In this document: piece by piece, positions 1 to 10,519 of the stretch
Layout of the letters: each line of letters opens with the position of its first letter
How positions within the stretch are numbered: position 1 is the first letter of the stretch
NCBI GenBank assembly: GCA_051294905.1
Contig: CM119372.1
Span: forward strand, 29,948,001 to 30,012,000
Direction: 5' to 3'
DNA: 64,000 nucleotides
Source of the DNA: Botryllus schlosseri
Lineage: Eukaryota
Translations under genes and position numbers: made by a program
Notes under the pieces: generated by a model
Databases searched by the model: none
Told to the model about the DNA's origin: nothing
What the model saw: only the letters and a program-made list of their open reading frames with translations

Positions 1-393
1 TACTCTTTTCAAAATTGTTACCCAATTTATGCAGATTTCTGCACAAGCCATTTGTATAGGTTTTTCAGGGTAAATGCTTCCTGTATAAATTTCTTCCCAC
101 TCATTTTCCACCAGATGTTTCCCAGGCCAATTATTGTTGAATGTAGTTACACCGTACTTTTGTTTCCAATATCGTAATCGTGGATTTAATTCATCGTACA
201 TTATATCACGTAAGTGATCCGTTAATGTATATGTCATTAACAGAAACTTCAGCGACTTTAATCCTTTATCTATAAGTGTTTCTTTCTGGGGTATCCATGT
301 CGAATGTTGTATCTCCGGATCATCACAACGCAATCCCAAACACATTTTGATACTTTTAGTAATATTTTTACCGTATTCTAATATATTAAACAT
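1..393 (-). CDS. Orphan intronless ORF, open at the window edge; paralog of 9474..10337 (PWWP3A/MUM1 C-terminal-like)
   Basis: Manual translation: ATG at 393, 131 open codons to base 1 (MFNILEYG...MCLGLRCDD...DHLRDIMYDELNPRLRYWKQ...). Not in the ORF track because its stop lies outside the window. Shares MCxGLxC and NPRxxYWxQ with 9474..10337. Confidence 0.7.
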   Translation of the reverse strand, partial: MFNILEYGKNITKSIKMCLGLRCDDPEIQHSTWIPQKETLIDKGLKSLKFLLMTYTLTDHLRDIMYDELNPRLRYWKQKYGVTTFNNNWPGKHLVENEWEEIYTGSIYPEKPIQMACAEICINWVTILKRV

Positions 394-602
394 ATCTTAT
401 TAGTTGAAAAGAACAATACTGAATCAAAACCTCGAGATTCCATATTTTCTTCAAATTACATCAGTTCAATAGTGACTAGCCAAACAATAACGGCAAATGT
501 ACCTGTTAAATGTATAGTTACACAATGGGATAGATTTTTCATCTTATCATAATATAATCTTGATTGTTTACGCACAAAGGGTCTTTTGGTAGATGTTTCA
601 TT

Positions 603-857
603 TGTTATGTTCTTGATCTTGTTTGAACAATAACTCAATGCGACGAGGTTGCAATACAGAATCAGTATATTATCAACAGAATAACTTTAAGGCAGCGACA
701 CGATCCAGAGTGCAGTTAAATGAAAAGACGTAGAGAACAGAACACAAAGGGTATAAATACAAGCACGACACACGAGGAAATAATGATTGGAGGTAATTAC
801 TAGTCCTATAGAAATTAGGAGTGAAACAACACTGAACGTAAATGCACGAACATAACA
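603..857 (-). repeat. 3' LTR of the Gypsy element
   Basis: Direct repeat of 5192..5446 with no mismatch noticed; TG...CA ends with 10-bp terminal inverted repeats; polypurine tract (ACAGGGGAGGAC on minus) adjacent at 858..869. Confidence 0.97.
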
Positions 858-890
858 GTCCTCCCCTGTAAGTTAGAGGGTTGCCCACAT

Positions 891-3800
891 TTACGTAGCT
901 CTATAGAAATCGGTGGGTTTCCTATTCCTAAGAGGATAACGTCTACCCGACGTACGGGCAGGACTAGCTGCAGGATCTTGTGCCCTGTTCCTAACCAATG
1001 GTTGCTCAGCTTGTGACTGTTGCGGCTGAGCAACTTCCTGTGTAGCTTTATCATGACCAGTGGAAATCAAGCGTGGTTGGAGTTGGTTCTTGTGCCTTCT
1101 CCAATACCCATGATCTGTTTTTATAATGTACACAACACGCCCCAGTATTTCCGTCACCACGCCAGCAACCCACTTTGGTCCGCTTCGGTAACTGCGGGCG
1201 TAAACCGTGGAACCAATCTCGAAATGAGTGACTGATTGTCCAGGCGTAACGGATTTCGATTTGTCGAAGGGCGAGCACAGACTCAACAAATTGCGCGGCT
1301 GTCGACCATGTAAAATCTCGGCAGGCGTTTTCCAGTCTATGCCCGGGTGCGGTGCACATCGGTACGTAGCGAGAACTGTTTGGAGCGCGAAGCTGAGATC
1401 TTTTCCCCCGTCGCAATTTTTTATAATTCCAGCTTTTAAAGACTGGACGAATCGCTCCGCTTCCCCGTTCGAGGCAGGGTGAAAAGACGGTGATACGATA
1501 TGGCTGATTGCCAAATTAGAGCAAAACGTATCGAATTCATTCGATGTGAATTGCGGCCCGCCATCCGTGACAATTGTTATGGGCAAGCCTTCGATAGAGA
1601 AGACTTCCCTCAAAGCGTTGACCACACACAAGGTTGTGGTAGAACCGACATTCATTACTTTAACGAAAGGATATTTCGAATGCGCATCGACGATGACAAG
1701 AAACATTTTATTGTTTATTGGACCTGCTAAATCCAAGTGAATTCGTTCAAAGCTTTCAGAAGTTTTTGGCCATTCGCGATACTGACGATCAGGCGCTTTC
1801 ATTACCTTACGGCAAGCGTCGCAACTCTTCAAGAGATTTTCAATGTCGCGATTAATGGAAGGCCATGCGATGTAACGTCGAGCCATCTGCTTCATTTTCG
1901 CGATACCCCAATGTCCTTCGTGCAACAATGATAAGACTCGCGAGCGAAGTGACTGCGGAATTACTACGCGCTGAAAACCATCAATATTGAGCATGACTAT
2001 GTCTTCGTGCAGAGAAAGCGAATGTTTGCGAGTCGAAAACCAAGAAAAATCATCAATGTGCACCTTTGGATTCCAATTACCATGAGTGACTGATAATTTT
2101 ACTAGTTTCATGGTTTTGTCCTTCAGCGTCGCGTCGCGAATTTCATTGCGAGTTAACGGTAAGCAATCGAATGCCATATTAATAGCGTGAACGATCTCCG
2201 CGTTTTCACGAATTTCCAGTTCGTCAAACTCAGGGTCTGGACCCTTTGGTAGGCGAGATAAACCGTCGGCGTTTCCGTGCTGATTAGTCGGTTTATAGCG
2301 AATATCGTATTGGTAAGCCATGAGCGTTAGTGCCCATCGCTGTAAGCGTTGCGCTGTAATCACGGGAATTTTCTTGTCCGGCGAGAAAATAGCTAAAAGC
2401 GGTTTGTGGTCCGTTACCAGCGTAAATTTTCTACCATACAAGAATTGACGAAATTTAGTGACTCCGTAAATGATTGACAGAGCTTCCTTCTCGATTTGAG
2501 AGTAGGATTTTTGCGAATCTGAAAGCGTTTTCGATGCGTGCGCGATCGGTCTCTCTTCGCCATTGTGCTCGATTGAGAGGACAGCGCCGATTCCGAATTG
2601 AGAAGCATCCGTTGACAAAATGAGCTGCTTGTTTACATCATAATGAGCTAACTGCGTAGCGTCGATTACGTCGTTTTTGAGAATGCGAAATGCTGCGTCA
2701 CAGTCCGTATTCCAAATGAATTTTGCGTCTTTTTGAACAAGGCGATACAACGAAGCGGCTTTATTCGTAAAATTAGGAATAAACGCGCGATAATAATTGA
2801 CTTTGCCCAGGAATGCCTGTAGCTGGCGAACATCCTGAGGTTTAGGCAACTGTTTGATTGCTTCAACGGATTTGTTAGACGGGCGTTTGCCGTTCTTGTC
2901 GATTATATGACCAAGGTACTCGATACTACTTTTGAAAAATTCACATTTAGCGAAGTTGACGGTGAAACCGTATTCGGTGAGGCGCTCAAAGAGTAGCGAT
3001 AAGTTGCGAAAATGATCGCGTTCATCAATGCCAGTAACGATTATGTCATCGATAAAACTAGCAACACCGGGTAAGCCGGCGATCATGGCATCAATACAGC
3101 GTTGAAAATTTGCGGGACTAGATGCGACTCCGAAACACATGCGTCGATAACGGAATAGACCGAATTGCGTATTGATGACACACAAATTCTTCGCATCATC
3201 ATCTAATTCTAGCTGAAAATAAGCATCGGCAAGATCAATTTTCGTGAAAATACAACCACCCTGTAACTTGAGAAGAATTTCATCCAAGGAGGGCAGGGGA
3301 TGTTGATCTATCTGAATTTGTTGATTCAATGCTTTGAAGTCACCACAAATGCGTACTGATCCATTAGACTTGGTGACGGCAACAATTGGTGCTGCCCAAT
3401 CACTGTAATTGATTGGTTCGAGAATACCTTGATTGACTAATCTATTCAATTCGGTTTGAACAGCGATTTGCCTTGCAAACGGCAAAGATCGTGGCTTGTT
3501 AAATACGGGCTTGGCATTAGGTTTCAAGTGAATAGTCACCTTTGTCTTGGTGCATCGTCCTAATACATTAGACAAAACAGAGGGAAATTTGGACTGAAAA
3601 GATACCAATTTGTCGTTCGAATCAGAAATGTCAATAGTATTACATTGCGATTTGACCATCTGCGAGGAAATTGCATCCAAAGCAGACGTTCCCTTAGCGG
3701 TCATGGAGAAAGCATCGCTCCAATCAAGACCAAAAATGTTTTGCCCACGGTGTTCGTCGAGAACCACCAATTTTAAGCCAACTCGAACTTCGGAACCCAC

Positions 3801-5141
3801 CTGCACGCTTACAGTGCAAATACCTTTCACTTTCAGTGGCTTGTCGCCGTACGCTACGAAAGAGCAAGGGTATGCTGAGAGTTTCGGAGAGCCCAAAGTT
3901 TTGTACCCAGTCAATCCCACCATGGCGGAGGGTGCACCAGTGTCCCACTGTGTCGGCAACGGAATGCCGTTGATGCTGGAGTTGATCCAGAGCTGGTTTC
4001 CTACACGTCGATATAGTTGATCGATGTCGAAGGAGAGGAGTGGCACTGAGCAGAAATTGACGGATGTGACCTGTTGCGTGATACTAGGTTTGGACATGCA
4101 CACAGGTTTGATATGACCTTTACGGCCACATTTCTGACATACTGCATGTCGATATTGACAGTCTTTTCTCTGGTGATCGATGAAACAACGGCTGCAGGAT
4201 TTCAGTCTTTCCGGGAAGTTGCCTTGGTTGGATTTGGAAGGTTTGGGAGGTTTTTTCCCCTTCTGATAACTTCCCGTCATCTTGTTGACGATAGAGGTGT
4301 CTTTACCGCTACTCTCGCCCTGGATAACCCTATCAGTTTCCAGCGTTCTCACGTATGTTGCGGCTACTTTGAGAACGTAGTCGAGGGATGGATTGGTTTG
4401 CGTTAGACAATGCCGTCTCACATCCGCGTGCGGCGTTTCTTTAATGATGAGATCACGCATTAGCTCATCAACGTAGCTCTGATCACAGCCATCTCTTGAG
4501 CATGTGAAGTTGCAATCCTTGGAGATTCCGCGTAGAGTTGCAATCCAATCAGCGTATGACTGTCCCGGCTGCATTTTGCAATTGTAAAATTCGTACCTGG
4601 CAGCTTGCACATGAATGGAGTCTTTGAAGTGTGTAGACAACTTCTCAGTCAACGCGTCGAAAGTTTGCGCACTGACATCAGCAGCACCAAACAAATTACG
4701 TAGGAGCGAGTACGTTTCCGGTCCAACCCATGAGAGTAGACACGCTCTCTTCTTCTCCATGTTGGAAATGCCGTAAATTGCAAGGTGATGGTTGAATCGT
4801 TGCAGATATTGGTCCCACTTCTCCTTTGATTTGATGAACGAATCAAACTTGGGAGCGGTAGCTTCAGATGTTGACGTACCGGGACTCAGCCTCTGCGCTA
4901 ACTGCGATATGGCTTCCTCATGTTGCAGCTTTTGCTGTGCCATATCTTCTTTGTGCTGTGCACGTTGTTGGTTCAAATCTTCTCTGTGCCGGGCATTTTG
5001 CTGCTCCAGCTGTGCCTGTTGTTGCTTGAGCTCTTCTTTACGCTGTGCTTTTTGATTTGCCATGGTTTCTTCATGCTGCTTTTGTTGCTTCGCCGTCATT
5101 TCCTGCTGCTTCTCTAGAAGCTTCAATATACTTGCTTCCAT
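891..5141 (-). CDS. Gag-Pol polyprotein (gag with zinc knuckles, aspartic protease, RT, RNase H, integrase)
   Basis: 1416 aa; CxxC knuckles (CSRC..H..C, CQKCGRKGHIKPVC), WDTGA protease motif, FIDD RT motif, STDAS RNase H, HHCC plus D-D-E integrase, in the Gypsy order PR-RT-RH-IN. Confidence 0.97.
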   Translation of the reverse strand: MEASILKLLEKQQEMTAKQQKQHEETMANQKAQRKEELKQQQAQLEQQNARHREDLNQQRAQHKEDMAQQKLQHEEAISQLAQRLSPGTSTSEATAPKFDSFIKSKEKWDQYLQRFNHHLAIYGISNMEKKRACLLSWVGPETYSLLRNLFGAADVSAQTFDALTEKLSTHFKDSIHVQAARYEFYNCKMQPGQSYADWIATLRGISKDCNFTCSRDGCDQSYVDELMRDLIIKETPHADVRRHCLTQTNPSLDYVLKVAATYVRTLETDRVIQGESSGKDTSIVNKMTGSYQKGKKPPKPSKSNQGNFPERLKSCSRCFIDHQRKDCQYRHAVCQKCGRKGHIKPVCMSKPSITQQVTSVNFCSVPLLSFDIDQLYRRVGNQLWINSSINGIPLPTQWDTGAPSAMVGLTGYKTLGSPKLSAYPCSFVAYGDKPLKVKGICTVSVQVGSEVRVGLKLVVLDEHRGQNIFGLDWSDAFSMTAKGTSALDAISSQMVKSQCNTIDISDSNDKLVSFQSKFPSVLSNVLGRCTKTKVTIHLKPNAKPVFNKPRSLPFARQIAVQTELNRLVNQGILEPINYSDWAAPIVAVTKSNGSVRICGDFKALNQQIQIDQHPLPSLDEILLKLQGGCIFTKIDLADAYFQLELDDDAKNLCVINTQFGLFRYRRMCFGVASSPANFQRCIDAMIAGLPGVASFIDDIIVTGIDERDHFRNLSLLFERLTEYGFTVNFAKCEFFKSSIEYLGHIIDKNGKRPSNKSVEAIKQLPKPQDVRQLQAFLGKVNYYRAFIPNFTNKAASLYRLVQKDAKFIWNTDCDAAFRILKNDVIDATQLAHYDVNKQLILSTDASQFGIGAVLSIEHNGEERPIAHASKTLSDSQKSYSQIEKEALSIIYGVTKFRQFLYGRKFTLVTDHKPLLAIFSPDKKIPVITAQRLQRWALTLMAYQYDIRYKPTNQHGNADGLSRLPKGPDPEFDELEIRENAEIVHAINMAFDCLPLTRNEIRDATLKDKTMKLVKLSVTHGNWNPKVHIDDFSWFSTRKHSLSLHEDIVMLNIDGFQRVVIPQSLRSRVLSLLHEGHWGIAKMKQMARRYIAWPSINRDIENLLKSCDACRKVMKAPDRQYREWPKTSESFERIHLDLAGPINNKMFLVIVDAHSKYPFVKVMNVGSTTTLCVVNALREVFSIEGLPITIVTDGGPQFTSNEFDTFCSNLAISHIVSPSFHPASNGEAERFVQSLKAGIIKNCDGGKDLSFALQTVLATYRCAPHPGIDWKTPAEILHGRQPRNLLSLCSPFDKSKSVTPGQSVTHFEIGSTVYARSYRSGPKWVAGVVTEILGRVVYIIKTDHGYWRRHKNQLQPRLISTGHDKATQEVAQPQQSQAEQPLVRNRAQDPAASPARTSGRRYPLRNRKPTDFYRAT

Positions 5142-5176
5142 GATTTATATTCGTCGCAGAAATAACTATGAATCCG

Positions 5177-5189
5177 ACTTCTGACACCA
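5177..5189 (-). promoter_or_regulatory. Primer-binding site TGGTGTCAGAAGT (tRNA-Leu type)
   Basis: Starts 2 nt inside the 5' LTR and begins with TGG. The tRNA assignment is from recall of this common PBS. Confidence 0.8.
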
Positions 5190-5191
5190 AT

Positions 5192-5446
5192 TGTTATGTT
5201 CTTGATCTTGTTTGAACAATAACTCAATGCGACGAGGTTGCAATACAGAATCAGTATATTATCAACAGAATAACTTTAAGGCAGCGACACGATCCAGAGT
5301 GCAGTTAAATGAAAAGACGTAGAGAACAGAACACAAAGGGTATAAATACAAGCACGACACACGAGGAAATAATGATTGGAGGTAATTACTAGTCCTATAG
5401 AAATTAGGAGTGAAACAACACTGAACGTAAATGCACGAACATAACA
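5192..5446 (-). repeat. 5' LTR of the Gypsy element
   Basis: Direct repeat of 603..857. Confidence 0.97.
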
Positions 5447-6446
5447 TCATTATTATTTCTTTTCAATTTTAAAACTTCCAATCTCGGTAATTTCTTTAGT
5501 AGATAATTACTAAGAAATTGGACGTGATTATAACTAAGGTCAATAGTGTGTAAATACTCGAATGATATATTGGAGGACAGAGAAAAAGACTGCAAGTTAT
5601 TGTGGTACAATGTTAATCTCTCTATATTACATAACGATTTGAGCACTGTCATATCGAACACAACCAGTCTATTTTCATCCAGGTTTAATGTTTCCAATTT
5701 CTTCAGTCCTTGGAAAGCCCCATTTTCTATAACTTCTATTGTGTTTCTTGATAAATCCAGTATTCTTAGACGGCGCAAATGAGCGAAGGTTCCATTCTTC
5801 AATCTTTTTATCTCATTATTGTCCAAATATAGCTTTTGTAAGTTCTTCAGACTTGCAAATATTGATCCTTCTACCTCTTCCAATAAGTTGCTGCTGAGAT
5901 ATAGACACTCCAGTCGGTGTAGATTTGAAAAGCTTTCCTTTTCAATTCGTGTTATGTAATTTCGTATCAAGTTTAGCTCCCTCAGCTTTTCATTTTTGCA
6001 GAAGGCACCTCCTTGTAGCGTTTGGATTTTATTCCAACCACAATGCAAAACCTCTATGTCTTTATATTTTTCTAATTGTTCTTTAGTTATTTCCCGTATG
6101 CAGCTGTCGTTAATGAATAATTTTACTGTATTCCGACAAGATTTTGCCAGGTATATCTGATCAGGATCTGGAATTCTTGTGTAACTCGAATGATCACACC
6201 AAAGTACCAAGTTGCTTCCTTGCATGCATTCCGGGTATAACGAGGTTCGTCTGTCATTGATTGTACACTTCTTTTGTTCTATTGTTTCCGGATAAATAGC
6301 ATTACACATGCCCAGCCATAATACTAATAGTTCCACTCGGTTCATTTTGCTCATGAATGGAACAACCCACAATGCTATGTTATACCTTCAGAAAAGGTTT
6401 CTTTGTAAATCAAAGTCTTATTTATTTTTGTTGACAATTCTCATAA

Positions 6447-8022
6447 TTATTCTGGTATTACAGAGTCAATGTCGACACTTTCCCCTTCATAGGAATGAGG
6501 ATGTATTTCTATACGCCTTATCCTTTTTGTTCGCCGATGGATTGAACTTGAGTAGCCTTTTATTCCCAAATTATTTTGACAAGTCCATTTTTCCGCATGT
6601 GGCGGATCTTTACAATATTCTCTCTCCTGATACACATCCTTTGGTATATTAGTGTTTGTAAGTTTCATTACAAGTCCTCTAATCAATTCATACAACATGA
6701 CTCTTCTTCCCAAAGAGATGTATTCCTTTACTCTTATTTCAAATATCTCTTCTACCACATGATTGAATATATCAAAAATTTCTTGGGTTATTTCTTCATC
6801 TAGGGCTGCTTCTTCTAGGCCAGTGGTTCCCAACCTGTGGTACGCGTACCACTAGTGGTACGCGAAGGTCTTCCAAGTGGTACGCGAGTAGATTCTGTTT
6901 TTTTCGACCAAAGGAAGTTATTAGTTCTGGTGGGATGGACTTTAGGTTTTTCGAAGCCGTCCTCGTCGTGGGTAGGGACAATCCCACCAATGAAGGCCTG
7001 CGGCAGGAGTGGCCAACCTGCGGCCGTAGAAGGGAATTTGTGTTGGCGGCCGTCAACATGCAATTTGAATTTACGAATTGACTCCCGATTTCTTGATAGA
7101 TTTTATTAACCTTGACATTTTCTTCGCGCTGGGTGCGATTCAATGCATCTTCATTTTTCAATTTTAAGCGGCGCCCTTTGCAATTAGAGCCCCACATTTC
7201 AGATTCGAAGAGTAGAGGGAAATGATGCACCCTATATGTAAATACCAACTCGGAATCGTGTACACCTCACTATACCGACAATCCTGATGCGAGGTCAAGA
7301 AATAACAGCATGCAACAAAGTGACTAATAACAATTGGCCCACCCGAAGATGCATCATCATTTATAACTTGCCCTAAATTTTCGAAATCACCCCCTTCATC
7401 AACCCTGCCGGGGAATATGACCACATCCATGGAGTGAGACAGGATAAATGTTTGATAGTACTATGTAAAACTACTAAAATTAATCACGGAATTCAATAGT
7501 GAATCTTTAAAAAAATTCGCGCTTCGCGCGGCAATGCCTGCACTCCATGACATCACCAGTGACCACTCGCGATTTGGGTGCGTATACTCTCAATATATAT
7601 AGCAAGCCTATATGATTAAATAGATTAGTCCGGAGTTCACCAGTTCACCTATACTTAATTACGACTATACCCGGGAATGCGGCCGTGGGCTACATGAATA
7701 GTTGAAATGCGGCCGTGAATGACAAAAAGGTTGGCCACCGGAAACATTTTTGACCGCCTTCGGCGCGTGTAACTTATGTAGGTGGTACGCGAGCACTACA
7801 TAAAACCTCGAAATGGTACGCGGGTGGAAAAAGGTTGGGAACCACTGGTTTAACCCAATCAACTCGGTCCGTAAGTAATTCCCATACTCTTTCTTTTAAC
7901 TGGAATCTATCATCCTCGCTGTCGTATTCTTTCAGATCTAATAGATCCAATTCATCATATACATCGTACTAAAGAAACCAATTCGATGGATTGTGACCTT
8001 CAATATAATCAAAATCTAACAT
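6447..8022 (-). pseudogene. Orphan ORF interrupted by MITE 6821..7847 (segments ~7848..8022 and 6447..6820), with one in-frame TAG in the 5' part
   Basis: The 5' part reads MLDFDYIEGHNPSNWFL*YDVYDELDLLDLKEYDSEDDRFQLKERVWELLTDRVDWVK and joins the 128-aa ORF (R-LEEAALDEE...) in frame if the MITE is removed. Confidence 0.5.
6821..7847. mobile_element. Composite hAT-type MITE (TIR CAGTGGTTCCCAAC) containing a second MITE at ~7004..7739
   Basis: Terminal inverted repeats; GGTACGCG subterminal motifs shared with 39620..39687; the internal part recurs near 38260..39230 and 54956..55420. No matching 8-bp TSD. Confidence 0.75.
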
Positions 8023-9473
8023 TCTCTTTTCCTCCCTGCATCGACATATTCACTTTTTTTCATTTTGAACTTATAAAGTATACTCATATTCATTAAAACA
8101 TTTATCAATTCATAAATCACCCAACACTCATTGGGCAATAAATCTCTCCCCCCCCCCACAAGGGATTTAATTCTTTTGTAATTTTATCTTCTGGTTTTCA
8201 TTTATATAATTTTTTTCCTATGAAGATTTTATTAGTATATGGCTTTTCTCTTTTGGTTTTGGCGATCATTTTTATCAATTTTTATAATTTATAAACATAT
8301 TCCGATATTTTATTATTTTGAAGATTTTTTTAGTGGGGAAAGTTATACAACATATCAATTGAAACATTATTAAAAAGGTAATATTACTCATCATCCCTGT
8401 CTTCCCTTCCATAAAGAATATTTAGACACGTGTTTCTCTGAATGACAAAACTACTCAATTCCAGGGTCATTTATACAGAGTTGTCCGTAACAAGTATTAC
8501 ACAACTACGTCTCATAGAGACCATCAGAGGAAGGGTGCCATGAGACAGGAATGTGAGTAATTTGCAAAATATTACTTTACAAAACTATTACATAATCAAG
8601 TATTGGATAAAAGACTAGAGGTTAAGTTAATTTTTACCCATGTTATGTACAGTGCACTGAAGAATTTACATGATTAGAAAAAATTGTAATAACAGCAATA
8701 AATCAAATAGCAGCAAATTGGTGTGAGGCTCATACATAGAGATCTTGGCAGAGCGAAAATTGTGGGCAAAACGGAAACAATTACGCTTACGTCAACATTT
8801 AGAAAGTATAATTCGATTAGCAAAACATTTAAAAATGAACACGAGGTGATTTGTGATAGGGTAGGTGGTCTGGGGCTGTTACAGACTAAAATCCAACACG
8901 AAAATTGCAGCCGAAGATACGAGCATAAAATCCAACATTACAAAGAAATAAATACCGTACAACTCTTCATAATCAACAATAACAAGTTCTTCTCGAATTT
9001 AAAAAACAAATGTCTTTGCAATAAAGAGTGGTCAGTCTTGCATTCAAGTACTCAAATTCACATTGTCCCCAGGTTGTTATTCTAGGGGAGGTGATAGTGG
9101 GAACAATCCCAGCGATTGATCAATGTATCGGAATCTTTTACTAAAAATAGAAACTGTATTATCGTCTGAGTATATATATAGATAGTAAAATACAGGTGTA
9201 TAGTCTCCACTTTTGCTAATCTCTAGCTTCGCCATACCCGGCTTCTATACTTTTTCCGTTTAGTTTGACCTTTGGTAATGGTGCCGAATTTGTAAATTTG
9301 TCCTAAACCATTACCAGTCACTCCTAGTAATTTAGTTATCGCAGCTTATCTTAAAGGCTATCCCTAAAAGTCTGATTCTACATATTATACAATCTTCATA
9401 TTATATCTACACCCTATTTTGAAGGACAATCCTTAGGTCAAATTATTAGTCGTCAAGTATTGGCTCTTTAGAG

Positions 9474-10337
9474 TCAGCTCATATTAACACCCGAAACAGC
9501 ATGGGTTCCATCAACACTGGGTTTTCGTAAAGCTATCATTCGGGTTGGAGCCTCTAGTCTCTTCGGAAGCCTACTATCTCGACTGGTTGAAGGCTCAATA
9601 TCGAACACCAATGTAGTTTCAAGATTGGTATTTTTGACTATTTGTTCGTTCCCCCCCTTATTTTTCAAGGAATTTTCAAGAGCTGATTCCGACAATTGGT
9701 CAATCGGTAGAATAAAAACGCCCCCCACATAACCAAACGTGCTTGTGGACCCGTATGTAAACCTCCATTGTTCGGGATTTCCTCCAAATAGGAACTCAAA
9801 TTCTGCGTCCATCCGACATCTCGTAAAACAAAATGTTTGCATGTTTTTTGCCCCCCGATATTGTTGCAACAGGAGAGCTATGGCGGTTATTATCGCTTCT
9901 GGATATAACACATAAAGTACTATATGTCCTTTATCTTTTTCGGTGTTTTTATCTAGTCCTTTGTGCATACTACAAGCTTCTAATAAATAGGTATGGCATA
10001 CTTTCATAACTTCCAAAACCTGCCAGGTGTTCTTGAAATATGGTTTTACGTGCCTCATAAGGTAACATTGTTTGCATTCCATGTTCCCAACCGGGTGAAA
10101 AGGCTTTCCTAATTTTGTCCAGTCCTCTTTGGTGTACATAGATTGTTGCCAATACTGCACCCTCGGATTGTCCTTTTCACAAGTGCCAAACAAAAGGCTC
10201 ATCAATCGGTCCCGAACCGGCGCAGTTTTAATGGTTTCCATTACCAACTGCTGCCTATGCGTCAGAGTGAACTGCATTGCCCACTCGTGGACAAACTTGT
10301 GATCCGTATTAGGATTGCACAATAGCCCGTAACACAT
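9474..10337 (-). CDS. Intronless 287-aa protein resembling the PWWP3A/MUM1 C-terminal domain
   Basis: Motif VKPYFKNTWQVLEVMK...DKGHIVLYVLYPEAIITAIA...AEFEFLFG recalls PWWP3A VETYLEDEGQLDLVVK...DRIRFILDVLLPEAIICAIS...AEEKYIKG (from memory, not searched). No PWWP domain. Confidence 0.6.
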   Translation of the reverse strand: MCYGLLCNPNTDHKFVHEWAMQFTLTHRQQLVMETIKTAPVRDRLMSLLFGTCEKDNPRVQYWQQSMYTKEDWTKLGKPFHPVGNMECKQCYLMRHVKPYFKNTWQVLEVMKVCHTYLLEACSMHKGLDKNTEKDKGHIVLYVLYPEAIITAIALLLQQYRGAKNMQTFCFTRCRMDAEFEFLFGGNPEQWRFTYGSTSTFGYVGGVFILPIDQLSESALENSLKNKGGNEQIVKNTNLETTLVFDIEPSTSRDSRLPKRLEAPTRMIALRKPSVDGTHAVSGVNMS

Positions 10338-10519
10338 TTCTTTCTTTAATTAGTTCAATATTTATAATTCTTAAATACAAAATGTTTCTTCTTTATTCAA
10401 ACAACACTTAGGATATTGGTTCATGTTGTACATTAATACGAAACGGATAAAATCTATTGGCTCAACTATATTCACATATTTTCGCTGAATATCTTAGTTG
10501 AACAATGTGCGAGAATTCA

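Larger units (their letters stand above)
603..5446 (-). mobile_element. Full-length Ty3/Gypsy LTR retrotransposon (Mag-like, single gag-pol ORF)
   Basis: Two 255-bp LTRs (603..857, 5192..5446; TGTTATGTTC...GAACATAACA), 5-bp TSD TCATT (598..602, 5447..5451), PBS, PPT and an intact polyprotein. Confidence 0.97.
456..6354 (-). pseudogene. Intronless LRR protein gene (signal peptide, Cys cap, ~8-9 LRRs, hydrophobic C-terminus) split by the Gypsy insertion; segments 5447..6354 and 456..597
   Basis: ORF 5404..6372 has LxxLxLxxNxI repeats. Removing the LTR element and one TCATT TSD joins ...LKRNNN-E-TSTKRPF...GTFAVIVWLVTIELM* in frame, giving 349 aa from the ATG at 6354. Confidence 0.88.

Noticed and set aside
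673..888. Duplicated 62-71-aa ORFs (673..888, 5262..5450)
   Set aside because: Incidental translations of the two LTRs.
1020..5117. Short plus-strand and alternate-frame ORFs over gag-pol (also over the glycoproteins and transposase)
   Set aside because: Shadow ORFs of long coding regions with no recognisable motifs.
8723..9085. 120-aa plus-strand ORF
   Set aside because: GTG start, opposite to the array orientation, no motif support.
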